Shown piece by piece: positions 37,001 through 46,383 of a stretch of DNA of 64,000 nt (position 1 is the stretch's first letter; each line of letters opens with the position of its first letter). The notes beneath the pieces were generated by a model. It had not been told where the DNA came from, searched no databases, and was given only the letters and a program-made list of their open reading frames with translations. Source of the DNA: Chloroflexota bacterium (GTDB lineage: Bacteria > Chloroflexota > JAJPGV01); the NCBI GenBank assembly GCA_021325635.1, contig JAJPGV010000039.1, positions 23,668-87,667 on the forward strand, in the 5' to 3' direction. A program made the position numbers and the translations under genes.

Positions 37001-38341
37001 ATGAGCCAGCCTGTCACGACGCCCACCATGCCGGATCCGGCCCAGCCACTGCCGAGCATGCCCGCGGGACCGCTGCTGTCCGGGCTCAGCACCTCCCGCG
37101 CTGCGTCGCTCAGCCTGCCGCTGCGCTACATGGTGGCGGGCCTGGCGTTCGCCGTGCTGGCATTCGGCTTCGCGCTGGCCTACTCGCCGTCATTCCTAGG
37201 CACGGTGTTTCTCACGCCCCGCCTTCTGGCCGTTACCCACCTCACGGCCCTGGGCTGGCTGACCATGGTCGCGATGGGCGCCTTGTACCAGTTCATTCCC
37301 GTCGTGCTCGACGTACCGATTTTCAGCGAGCGCCTCGGCAAGGTGCAGTTCTACCTGTACCTGGCAGGAGTGCTGGGATTGACGGTGGAGATGGGCACGG
37401 GCCGGACGCAGGTCATGGCCTGGCCGGCGGGCTTGTTGGTGCTGGCCGTTGGCGTGTTCCTCTACAACGCCGCTCGCACGCTGGCGCGTGTGGAGCGCTG
37501 GCCGCTCACAGGCTGGTACATCCTTGCGGCTCTGACGTCGCTGGCCCTGGTAGTGACGGTCGGGTTCGCCCTGGCCCTGAACCTCACCCTGGGGTTCCTG
37601 CCGTTGAGCCAGCTGGCGTTCGTCGAAGCCCATGCGCACCTGGCAGCGCTGGGATGGCTAGGCCTGCTGGTCATGGGCGTTTCCTACAAGCTGACGCCGA
37701 TGTTCGCGCTGTCCCACCCCTTCAATGAGTGGCGCCTTGGAAGGCCCATCTTCATCCTGCTGACCGCCGCGGTCGTTGGGCTGTTCGTCAGCTTACTGCT
37801 GCGGCTCGGACAAGCGCCGCTGCTGGGATGCTGGTCGGTGGCCGCGATCGGGATTGGCTTGTACGCCTGGGACTACGCCACGATGCTGCGGGTACGCCGC
37901 CGGCGGCCCATTGACCTAACGCAGCAGCACAACATCGCCGGCCTGGGCGGACTGCTGCTCACGACCCTGCTCGGCCTAGCCTTGATCCTGGTGCCGGCCG
38001 AGACCGACCTACATCCGCGGCTGCAGCTGGCCTACGCGGCCGCAAGCCTGGGCGGGTGGATCGGGCTCACCACGCTGGGGCAGCTGTACAAGATTGTGCC
38101 CTTCCTGGTCTGGACTCACCGCTTTGCCCCGAGGATGGGCAAGGCGCCGGTTCCCCTCCTCAAGGACCTCTATCCTCAGGTGCTGGCACGGGCCGGCTTC
38201 GGCGCTCTGCTGGCCAGCCTGACCATAGCTCTTGCCGGCATCCTCGCCGGCTACCTTCCAGCTATCCAGGCCGGTTTTGGCCTGTGCACGCTGGGCGCCG
38301 CCCTTACGGCGGTCAATCTCATTCGGGTGGTGTTGCGATGA
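37001..38341 (+). CDS. Polytopic His-containing membrane protein (NnrS/heme-copper-oxidase-fold related)
   Basis: THLTALGW..MVAMGALYQFIPV, HAHLAALGW, GQLYKIVPFLVW; about 12 TM segments. Confidence 0.75.
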   Translation: MSQPVTTPTMPDPAQPLPSMPAGPLLSGLSTSRAASLSLPLRYMVAGLAFAVLAFGFALAYSPSFLGTVFLTPRLLAVTHLTALGWLTMVAMGALYQFIPVVLDVPIFSERLGKVQFYLYLAGVLGLTVEMGTGRTQVMAWPAGLLVLAVGVFLYNAARTLARVERWPLTGWYILAALTSLALVVTVGFALALNLTLGFLPLSQLAFVEAHAHLAALGWLGLLVMGVSYKLTPMFALSHPFNEWRLGRPIFILLTAAVVGLFVSLLLRLGQAPLLGCWSVAAIGIGLYAWDYATMLRVRRRRPIDLTQQHNIAGLGGLLLTTLLGLALILVPAETDLHPRLQLAYAAASLGGWIGLTTLGQLYKIVPFLVWTHRFAPRMGKAPVPLLKDLYPQVLARAGFGALLASLTIALAGILAGYLPAIQAGFGLCTLGAALTAVNLIRVVLR

Positions 38342-38640
38342 TCGACCAAGATGCCTTGATGGCAGCGCTCAAGAACGTCTATGACCCTGAGCTGGGAGTG
38401 AACGTCGTCGACCTCGGGCTGATTTATGACGTCGAGCAGCATGGCGGCAAGATCACGGTAGCCATGACCATGACCACCCCCGGCTGCCCGCTGCACGAGA
38501 GCATGCTGCGCGGCGTCGGCGATGCGCTGAACGGCGTTCCCGGCGTCGAGCGCGTGGAAGTGCGGTTGGTGTGGGATCCGGTGTGGACCCCGGAGCGCAT
38601 CACGCTGGCAGGTCGCAAGGCGCTCGGCTGGGCGGCCTGA
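38338..38640 (+). CDS. DUF59 (SufT/PaaD-like) metal-sulfur cluster assembly factor
   Basis: VYDPELGVNVVDLGLIY, MTMTTPGCPL, VWDPVWTPERI. Confidence 0.92.
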   Translation: MIDQDALMAALKNVYDPELGVNVVDLGLIYDVEQHGGKITVAMTMTTPGCPLHESMLRGVGDALNGVPGVERVEVRLVWDPVWTPERITLAGRKALGWAA

Positions 38641-40067
38641 TGCCGGCGGGCATGGTGCCGCGACGGCGCCATGAGCCGTATCAGTACTTCCTGAAGGCCA
38701 GCCTGCTCCTGGCGATGACCATCGGCTGGCTGCTGGGCGCCATCGAGCTGAGCGCCATCGCGTTCCATGACGCCTCGCCTTCGCTGGCTGCCCGGCTGAT
38801 CTCGCCAGCCCTGTTCCAGGTCCATGGCCAGAGCCAGATCCTTGGCTGGGTGGGCCTGTTCATCATGGGCATTTCCTACCAGGTCGTTCCGCGCCAGCGG
38901 CGAGTAGCCATCCACGCCTCGACGATGGCATACGTAGTCCTCGCGCTGATGGTCGCAGGGATCGTGCTGAGGGCCATCTCCCAGCCCCTGGCTGCAGCCT
39001 CCGTGCTGTTTCGCGGCCTTACCGTCCTCTCGGCGCTGCTCGAGCTGGCCGGCCTTGGCCTGTTCATGGGGGGCTTGATCAAGGGTCGCGTCATGGCAGA
39101 CAGCATCCAGGGGCCGGAGCGCTTCAGCCGGGCAGCGCTGCAGTGGTTTGCCGTGGCACTGCTAATCAACCTGGGCACGACCGTTTACCTGGCGCTGCAA
39201 GCGGGCTCGGTCGTGCCCGACTGGCTGGACAGGCCCCTGATCGTGGTTGAGCTATTCGGCTTCGTCACGTCCATGATCTTCGGTGTCAACGCCCGGAATT
39301 TGCCGCTGTTCATGCGTGTGAGACCCGCGTCCTCCGACGATCTGCTGGCCGTGCTGAGGCTGCTGCCGCCGAGTGTCGCGCTGTGCGCCGCAGGACAGGC
39401 CGTGTCGGCGATTTCACTGGGTGGCGGCCGAATGATGGCGGCCGCGGGCTGGGCTGGGCTGCTGGTCATCGCCGGGCTGTACGTCCGGGCCGTCGGCCTC
39501 CTTGGACCCCGAACGCGCCAGATCGTGACCGCCGGCGAATCAGGCTGGTACGAAGCCTACGTGGTGGGCGCGTACGCCTGGCTCGGGCTTGGGCTCCTCC
39601 TGGAGCTGCTCACCTCGCTGGCGCAGCTCGGGCGGCTGGGACTGCCGGCGGAAGACCTGTTCCTCGCGGGTCTGCACGCCGTCACCATCGGCTTCATCTC
39701 CATGATGATCATGGGCATGGCCGCACGGATCGTCCCGGCGTTTGCCGCTACCCGGCTGCACAGTCGATCGCTGTTCGTCTTGACCTGGTGGTGCCTCATG
39801 CTGGGCACGCTGCTGCGCGTGCCAGCGCAGGCGCTGTACAGCTCGACGGGTGGCGCGATCGGCCCGCTGCTTGGCTTATCGGGCATCGTCCAGCTGGCTG
39901 GCATGATGCTGTTTACCTGGAACCTGTGGCGGACGCTGGCTGGCAGCGTCACGGATCGGGCCGCACTGCTAGCCCCCCGAAGCAATGCGCTCCAACCGCC
40001 CCACGTCCAGCAGCGCGGTCGTGCCTCGACCGATGCGGACGACACCCTGCCGCTCCATCTCTCGTAA
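38640..40067 (+). CDS. NnrS family membrane protein
   Basis: HGQSQILGWVGLFIMG, LHAVTIGFISMMIMGMAARIVP; about 12 TM segments. Confidence 0.75.
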   Translation: MPAGMVPRRRHEPYQYFLKASLLLAMTIGWLLGAIELSAIAFHDASPSLAARLISPALFQVHGQSQILGWVGLFIMGISYQVVPRQRRVAIHASTMAYVVLALMVAGIVLRAISQPLAAASVLFRGLTVLSALLELAGLGLFMGGLIKGRVMADSIQGPERFSRAALQWFAVALLINLGTTVYLALQAGSVVPDWLDRPLIVVELFGFVTSMIFGVNARNLPLFMRVRPASSDDLLAVLRLLPPSVALCAAGQAVSAISLGGGRMMAAAGWAGLLVIAGLYVRAVGLLGPRTRQIVTAGESGWYEAYVVGAYAWLGLGLLLELLTSLAQLGRLGLPAEDLFLAGLHAVTIGFISMMIMGMAARIVPAFAATRLHSRSLFVLTWWCLMLGTLLRVPAQALYSSTGGAIGPLLGLSGIVQLAGMMLFTWNLWRTLAGSVTDRAALLAPRSNALQPPHVQQRGRASTDADDTLPLHLS

Positions 40068-40649
40068 CTCCCGTCCGGCTACCTCTCGGGCCGTACCTGC
40101 CAGCTCGGCCAGGTCACGCTGGGTCAAATGGCTCGCCCCGCCATCCGCCGTCTCGATCAGCGCCCGGGCCAGGCGAGCCCGAACGCTGTGGAAGGCGAAG
40201 TCCTCGATCACCGTCGTGAGCTGGCGAAGCCGCCGCGCGAAGACGCGCAGCATGGCCGCGCTGAAGCCAGGGCGTGTGCGCAGCAGGCGATCCGCGTCCG
40301 CCTTGGTGAGGATCCCGAGGTGGCAATCGTCGAGACAGTCGGCGCTGGCGGGATTGGGGCCGCCGTCGAATACCGCCACGTCGTTGAATGACTCGCACGC
40401 GGGAATGATGCGCAGGACCTGCTCCTTGCCCATAGGCGACATCTTGTAGACCCGCACACGGCCTTCGCGCACCACGTACAGCCCTTCGCACGTATCGCCT
40501 TCGATCATGATCACCTGGCCGGCCATGTAGCGGCGGACACGAATGCTCCGCGCAACCTCATGAAAGTCATCCTCGGGCAGGGTTGCAAAGTAGTCGATCT
40601 GCCGCAGCCAGGCAGCAGCGTCCGTATCTAACAACCTATCGTCTGACAA
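39969..40649 (-). CDS. Crp/Fnr family transcriptional regulator (Dnr/NnrR-like, no FNR cysteine cluster)
   Basis: GRVRVYKMSPMGKEQVL, HTH LTQRDLAELAGTAREVAGREL. Confidence 0.93.
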   Translation of the reverse strand: MSDDRLLDTDAAAWLRQIDYFATLPEDDFHEVARSIRVRRYMAGQVIMIEGDTCEGLYVVREGRVRVYKMSPMGKEQVLRIIPACESFNDVAVFDGGPNPASADCLDDCHLGILTKADADRLLRTRPGFSAAMLRVFARRLRQLTTVIEDFAFHSVRARLARALIETADGGASHLTQRDLAELAGTAREVAGRELREMERQGVVRIGRGTTALLDVGRLERIASGG

Positions 40650-40709
40650 ACCTTCACTGCGTCACCCAAGAGCTGACGCGAACGTCGACAAACGGCGAGA
40701 CGACCTCCG

Positions 40710-41825
40710 CTAATTGGAGCCAGCGTCATTGGGATTCGCACCGATGAGCTGCCCAGCCAGCGTCTGGTATTGCGCGACCTTGTCGTAGAAGGTGAACTGA
40801 TCGAGGCCCACCGATTGGGGATCCAGGTATTTGATGCCGCGGTCGCATACGAACTTGGCGATGTCGGATGCCGAGCACGGCGTATCCTTCGAGACGCCCG
40901 CTTTCTCCTGGAGCGCCAGGCCCTCGGGCGACACCAGCCATGCCGCCAAGAGGCGCGCGGCGTTTGGGTGTTGAACAGCCTTAGGGATATACCAGCCGCG
41001 CACATCGTGCAGCATGGGCCCAAGTGGCACGAGCTCCACCGGTATTCCCGCAGCCTTTCCGCGGACGAGCTCGTCCGCGGTGCTTGCGGCAATATCGGCT
41101 TGCCCTGCCTGCACCATCTCACGAGCCGGACCCTTGGACTTGGTAATCACCAACTGCTGATCCTTCAGCGAAGTCAAATAGCTCTTTGCGGGACCCTCGC
41201 CCATGGCGAAGAAGAGCTGCGCCAGTGTGTCGGGCCCTGCGTTCTCGGCGATCTTGTGGCCCTTCCAGCGCGGCTTCAAAAGGTCACTCCATTCGTGCGG
41301 GACGTCCGCGGGCTGGACGTTGTTGGTGTTGTAGCTCAGGACCGGGATACCGTCCTCATTGAACAACCACCGTCCGTCGAGCTGCGATTGGCTGGCATCG
41401 ACACCCAGCTTGGTCCAGTCAGTGGCCAGCAGCAGGTCGCGGTCCACGAGCGGTTTGAACAACGATGGCCCACCATGGGCCAGATCGATGGAACGAACCT
41501 CATGGTTTCCGGCAGATACTTCGGTGATGATCTGCGCCGGCAACTGCGGATCGCTGGTAGAGCTGTAGGTCACCTTTATGCCGGGATATTTCTTGGAAAA
41601 GGCGGCGGCAAGATCGGTGGCTGCCTGTTTAATCGGAGCCGCTTCCCAGGTGACTGCGCCTTCTGCCTTGGCCGCCTGATACAGCGCGTCCAGCGAGCCC
41701 GGTGTGGCAAGCGACGCGCTCGCGCCAGGCGGGGGCGCCGAGATACTCGGCGGCGCAGCTTGCGAGCCGCAAGCAGCGAGGAAGACCACGACAGCTGCGA
41801 AAGCAGTTGAAAGCCTTATCATCAC
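40710..41825 (-). CDS. ABC-type extracellular solute-binding lipoprotein
   Basis: Lipobox LAAC, AAKAEGAVT, WSDLLKPRWKG, HPNAARLLAAWL. Confidence 0.85.
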   Translation of the reverse strand: MMIRLSTAFAAVVVFLAACGSQAAPPSISAPPPGASASLATPGSLDALYQAAKAEGAVTWEAAPIKQAATDLAAAFSKKYPGIKVTYSSTSDPQLPAQIITEVSAGNHEVRSIDLAHGGPSLFKPLVDRDLLLATDWTKLGVDASQSQLDGRWLFNEDGIPVLSYNTNNVQPADVPHEWSDLLKPRWKGHKIAENAGPDTLAQLFFAMGEGPAKSYLTSLKDQQLVITKSKGPAREMVQAGQADIAASTADELVRGKAAGIPVELVPLGPMLHDVRGWYIPKAVQHPNAARLLAAWLVSPEGLALQEKAGVSKDTPCSASDIAKFVCDRGIKYLDPQSVGLDQFTFYDKVAQYQTLAGQLIGANPNDAGSN

Positions 41826-41914
41826 GATTCTGCTCCTCGTTGCACGACAGATTTCACGGCGCTCTGTACGAAGAACGTGCTGAGCTCGCCGCTGACCGTG
41901 GGTTGGGTTGGCAT
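41822..41914 (-). CDS. Possible 30-aa leader peptide or gene remnant
   Basis: AGGAGG RBS plus ATG at 41914 (MPTQPTVSGELSTFFVQSAVKSVVQRGAES); its stop overlaps the SBP start. Confidence 0.35.
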   Translation of the reverse strand: MPTQPTVSGELSTFFVQSAVKSVVQRGAES

Positions 41915-42280
41915 CGTAACCTCCTGTTGAGAACGCGTTTGACTCCGGATTGGCTCAAAGAGCTCACGATCATGTCGTTGGCATCCCAAGGAGACCGAGG
42001 TGCATTGTAGGTCAGGCAATCGCGCAGCGTCTGTGCCAGCGGTCATGGCGCCAGCGATCGAAAAATGGGGAGTGTATCGCCACCTGGTCGACAGCTCGAC
42101 GTTCATAAGCTGCCGACTAGCGCCGCACCCGAACGTCAATATTTCCCTGTTACCGACGAGCCATCGAGCTCGTCCCAGAAACGGGCTATGGGGCATCGCG
42201 GGCAATGATCAAGCAATGAGCGGGTCCCACCCGTCGTCATTCTCCGTCCTCTCCGCCTGCGAAGCCCGACGAGACGGCGG

Positions 42281-42754
42281 TTACTGAGGGGGTTCGGACT
42301 CGCCGCGACCCCTGAGCAGCTCCAGAATCTCTGTGTGCCTATCCTGGGCATCCTTCAGGAGGGTCAGCACCTCCATTTGCTCATGCTGGAGCTTGTAGAT
42401 GACGCCGAGCTCTTCGTCATCGCGCCGAGCCATGGCCCTATCCTTCGCCGACTGCCGATTGCTTGCCAGCAGCAGGATCGGTCCCGTATACGCAGCCTGG
42501 ACGCTGAACATCAGGTTCAACAGGATGAAGGGATAGGGATCCCACTTGAGATCCCAGGCCGTAAGGTTCAGCGCCACCCAAAGCATTACGAGAGCGGTCT
42601 GAATGATGATGAATCGCCAGCTGCCAATGCCCGCGGCCGCTGAATCAGCCACGCGCTCACCCAGCGTCACCGGCTCGTGCAACTCGGATCGTGTCAGCGT
42701 GCTTTGGCCGTTTTCAACGACCTCACCCGCCTGGGCAGCGACTGCAATTGCCAT
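42281..42754 (-). CDS. DUF1003 domain membrane protein
   Basis: TLGERVAD....IGSWRFII, WDPYPFILLNL.FS.QAAY.GPILL. Confidence 0.92.
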   Translation of the reverse strand: MAIAVAAQAGEVVENGQSTLTRSELHEPVTLGERVADSAAAGIGSWRFIIIQTALVMLWVALNLTAWDLKWDPYPFILLNLMFSVQAAYTGPILLLASNRQSAKDRAMARRDDEELGVIYKLQHEQMEVLTLLKDAQDRHTEILELLRGRGESEPPQ

Positions 42755-42824
42755 GGCTCCCTCCCTTTGCTTATCGCATGGAGCCTACCTCAGCCCGACC
42801 AAATACTCCATCGCTGTTTTGCCG

Positions 42825-44105
42825 TCAGCTTGAACCAGCTTGGCTAAGGCTTTGCCACAGAAACGCCATGCAGGCAGCGCTGACGATGGCGGTGACTGCC
42901 CAGCCGCAGGTGGCCAGTCCCCGCCCAATGCGGTGACTGCCCATGACGCGGCTGTCACGGGCGGCCCGCATCATCAACGCCAGCGTGATCGGCGTGCCGA
43001 GACCGCCCGCGATGGAGCTCAGGAACAGCAGATGGATGGGATTGACTCCGGCGAAGGCGACGGCCACGGCAACCAGGAGGCTCACCAGCAGCGTGATGTA
43101 GAACGGCCGAGCGTGGCCGAAACGGCGATTGAGCCCGGCACGCCAGCCGAGCACGTCGGCCAGGACATACGCGCTGGTGCCCGCGAGAACAGGCACGGCG
43201 AGCACCGCCGAAGCCAGCAAACCCACGCCGAAGATCACGGCCGCGAAGTGTCCGGCCAGAGGAGCAAGGGCCTGCGCTGCGTCCTCGGCCGTCTGCACCG
43301 CCTGATGATGAGCTCCGAGCGTCGCCCCGGTGCCAATCAAGATGAACCAGAAGATGACGCCCGCCAGCACCATGCCAACGCCCGCGTCCAGCTGGACCAG
43401 GCCGAGACGGTGCAGAGGCGGCTGCTCCTCAGCCTCCTCGATGGTTTCCCAGATGTAGGCGTAGCTGGTGAGCGTGGTGCCAAGCAGTGCCAGCGCGCCC
43501 GCGACGTAATCCGACGAAAAGCTGAAGCGCGGAATGAAGGTAGCACGAGCGACCTCCAGCCAGTCGGGATGGGCCAGAACGGCCGCTGCCACGTACGCGA
43601 GGAACACAAAGAGCACGTAGCGCAGCACATGCTCCAGATGCTCGTAGCTACCCCACACCAGCAGCGCCGCGACGGCGCCCGCGAATGGGACGAGGAACCA
43701 CCGATACGGCCAGCCGGTAAGCAGCTCCAGCGCTGCCGAACCACCTTCCAGGTCCGCGCTCAGCGTGAAAACGTTCACCCCCAGGACGGCCAGCAGCGTA
43801 GCCCAACCCCATCCCCGGCCGTAGTGCAGCCGAATGATCTTCTGCAGGCCCGCGCGGGACACCGCCCCCACCGCCGCGCTGATAAGCTGCACGACCACCA
43901 GCATGGGGATAGTCAGGACGACGAGCCATGACAGCGCGTAGCCGGTCGTGGACCCGATGACCGCTAGCGTGGCAACGGTGGTCGGATCGTTGTCCGAAGC
44001 TCCGGCCACGAGGCCAGGACCGAACTGGCGGGCCAGGGCAAGAGTCTGAGCCAGCCGCGATCGCTTGGCTGGGCGCGCCGCTCTCGGTCGGCGAACTGAA
44101 GCCAT
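42825..44105 (-). CDS. NRAMP-related divalent metal transporter
   Basis: GPGLVAGASDNDPT, LGTT, GLLASA; about 11 TM segments. The start may extend to 44198. Confidence 0.85.
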   Translation of the reverse strand: MASVRRPRAARPAKRSRLAQTLALARQFGPGLVAGASDNDPTTVATLAVIGSTTGYALSWLVVLTIPMLVVVQLISAAVGAVSRAGLQKIIRLHYGRGWGWATLLAVLGVNVFTLSADLEGGSAALELLTGWPYRWFLVPFAGAVAALLVWGSYEHLEHVLRYVLFVFLAYVAAAVLAHPDWLEVARATFIPRFSFSSDYVAGALALLGTTLTSYAYIWETIEEAEEQPPLHRLGLVQLDAGVGMVLAGVIFWFILIGTGATLGAHHQAVQTAEDAAQALAPLAGHFAAVIFGVGLLASAVLAVPVLAGTSAYVLADVLGWRAGLNRRFGHARPFYITLLVSLLVAVAVAFAGVNPIHLLFLSSIAGGLGTPITLALMMRAARDSRVMGSHRIGRGLATCGWAVTAIVSAACMAFLWQSLSQAGSS

Positions 44106-44210
44106 TCGGGCGGGTCCATTCGCAAGCATGGGGCCGCATCCGGCTGCGCGCCGGCCGGCAGCGCGAGCCGCGGGTCCGACATCGGCGCCGTCTGACATAG
44201 TTGTGTTGCC

Positions 44211-45131
44211 ATGGCGCTCCGATTTCGCAACCGATCGGCCGCCAGCATCCTGGCGTTGCTGCTGGCCGGCTGCAGCCGTGGAGCTCCCGCACAGAGCGCC
44301 GGGCTATTAGCACGAGGCACCGAAAGCCCCTCTGCCGGTACGGCGGCAGCGACGTCCCCGGCGCCATCAACGGTTCGGCAGGCAGGCGCGACCCTACCCG
44401 AGGAAGCGCTCGGGCTCTTTCCCGCCGGCGCGCAGGTCATCGACAGCCGCTCGGTGGGAAGCGGACCTAACGGCACACTGGTCGTGCTGCTGGCGCTTAC
44501 CGGCCAGCCGGCCGCCTCTGCCGGCTCGATGCCGCCCATGGCCGAGCTGGCGATCGTCAGTAAGACGCCTTCAGGATGGCGGCTGGCCAAGGCTGTCATC
44601 CAAAGCTTCGCGCAGGCCCCGAAGCTCGATGCAACCGTGCAGATAGACCACGTCCCGGCCGTCGGATTGGAGTACCACACCGGCGCCAACAGCCAGGGGC
44701 TGATTGTCGTGCGCAACAACGCTGTCGTATTCGATGCCGTTGCCGATTCGTTTGAGATGCGAGACCTCAACGACGACGGCTCAGCCGAGGTGATCAAGTC
44801 GTGGTCGCCCTTCTGCCAAAGCCACGTTGCCAGTCCGCGCCTCAATACGGTCTACGTCTGGGAGAGCGGCTCCTACGCCCCAGCCACGGATAGGTTCCCA
44901 AGCGTGATCGCGCAGGACACGACGAGCTTCCAGGGAGCCGTCGCCCGAGCCAACGCGGCCCAAACAACCCCGGCCTGGAGCGCCAAGGACAAAGCCTGTC
45001 TCCACGATGCCCTGGCCTACCTGGCGGAGCTTGCCGGTAACCGCACTGAAGCGGACGCCCAGTACGCGCAAGTCAAACGGCTCGCCCCCGACTACGACCT
45101 CCAGACAATCAGGACGGAGGCGAGCCGTTAA
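44211..45131 (+). CDS. Hypothetical lipoprotein
   Basis: Lipobox LAGC; DLNDDGSAEVI Ca-binding-like loop; TPR-like C-terminal helices. Confidence 0.65.
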   Translation: MALRFRNRSAASILALLLAGCSRGAPAQSAGLLARGTESPSAGTAAATSPAPSTVRQAGATLPEEALGLFPAGAQVIDSRSVGSGPNGTLVVLLALTGQPAASAGSMPPMAELAIVSKTPSGWRLAKAVIQSFAQAPKLDATVQIDHVPAVGLEYHTGANSQGLIVVRNNAVVFDAVADSFEMRDLNDDGSAEVIKSWSPFCQSHVASPRLNTVYVWESGSYAPATDRFPSVIAQDTTSFQGAVARANAAQTTPAWSAKDKACLHDALAYLAELAGNRTEADAQYAQVKRLAPDYDLQTIRTEASR

Positions 45132-45146
45132 CGGCTTCGGCTCCTG

Positions 45147-45590
45147 TCAGAGGTACAGACGAAAGCCTTCGGCCGTCGTCTCGAACCCAAGCGAGCGATA
45201 GAAAACATGCGCCTCCGTTCGTCGACGGTTCGACAAGAGCTGGACCTTGTAGCAGCCATTGTCGTGGGCCCGCCGGATGATATCCGCCAGGAGCGCACGG
45301 CCGACGCCCCGACGGCGCTGACGCCGATCGACTACGACGTTCTCCACAATGGCCCATGGGCGGCAGCCGTGGGTGAAATTCGGAACGATGGTGACATCCG
45401 CCGTTCCGGCTGGGGTCCCGTCGACTGTCGCCACCAGCAGCGTGCGCCCATGCTGTCGCCGGATCTTCTGCCACGTCCGCCTGACGTCCACAGGCGAGCA
45501 GGCTTCGGCCGGACTATCGCTCAGCTGGCCAAGCAGCATGAGCACCACCTCGACGTCGGCCTCCTCGACTTCACGAACCTCAACGGCCAT
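45147..45590 (-). CDS. GNAT family N-acetyltransferase
   Basis: VENVVVD...RRRGVG, CYKVQLLS, AHVFYRSLGF. Confidence 0.9.
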   Translation of the reverse strand: MAVEVREVEEADVEVVLMLLGQLSDSPAEACSPVDVRRTWQKIRRQHGRTLLVATVDGTPAGTADVTIVPNFTHGCRPWAIVENVVVDRRQRRRGVGRALLADIIRRAHDNGCYKVQLLSNRRRTEAHVFYRSLGFETTAEGFRLYL

Positions 45591-45679
45591 TGGCAGAATC
45601 GTAGTGCGAGGCAGAGCGACCGGAGCAAATCGCACAGGAGAACCGGCGGTGGAAGCAGGCAACTCAGAGCATCAAGCCC

Positions 45680-46273
45680 ATGAGTGATCGCCTGGGCCCG
45701 GTGACGCTGGAAGGCAATCAGGTGCGGCTGGAGCCGGTCCAGCCCGGTCACGTTCCTGCCCTGGTCGCGGCGGGCCAAGCGGATGAGATTTGGACCTATC
45801 TCCCGCTGCGGCTGACCACGATCGAGGCGATGGAAGCCCGGATGCGCGAAGCGCTGAATCGACAGCGGGACGGGTCTGAGCACCCCTTCGCCGTGGTTCT
45901 CCGCGGCAGCGGACGTATCGTCGGCAGTACGAGCTACCTCGAGGTCTCCAGCCCGCATCGGTCAGTAGAGATCGGCTGGACCTGGTACAGCCCGGACGTA
46001 TGGGGCACCACCGTCAACCCCGAAGCCAAGTACCTCATGTTCAAGCATGCATTCGAGAGCTGGGGCGCCTTCCGGGTGTTCCTCAAGACCGATGCCCGCA
46101 ATCTCCACTCTCAGGCAGCGATCGAGAAGCTGGGCGCTCGCTATGAGGGCACGCTCCGAAGCCACCTCATCCTGCCCGACGGCTTTCGCCGCGACAGCAA
46201 GTACTATTCAGTGCTCGATAGCGAGTGGCCCGCTGTGCGCTCTCGCCTTGAGCAACGGCTGGCGAGTGGCTGA
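45680..46273 (+). CDS. GNAT family N-acetyltransferase (RimJ/RimL-like)
   Basis: VEIGWTWY...[33 protein letters not shown]. Confidence 0.9.
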   Translation: MSDRLGPVTLEGNQVRLEPVQPGHVPALVAAGQADEIWTYLPLRLTTIEAMEARMREALNRQRDGSEHPFAVVLRGSGRIVGSTSYLEVSSPHRSVEIGWTWYSPDVWGTTVNPEAKYLMFKHAFESWGAFRVFLKTDARNLHSQAAIEKLGARYEGTLRSHLILPDGFRRDSKYYSVLDSEWPAVRSRLEQRLASG

Positions 46274-46383
46274 CCACTAGCCAGGGCTTCAATCGGGCTA
46301 GCCGCACCCTCGGGCCCTAGGCAAAGTGACTCCTGGAGCATCCGGTTCGCAGAGGCTGCATGCGTGGCGGCCGCTTGGAAAGG

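Noticed and set aside
39969-40649. Crp/Fnr protein as CooA
   Set aside because: It is not adjacent to the coo genes, I could not identify CooA heme-ligand motifs, and no TGTCA-N6-TGACA site is visible before cooF.
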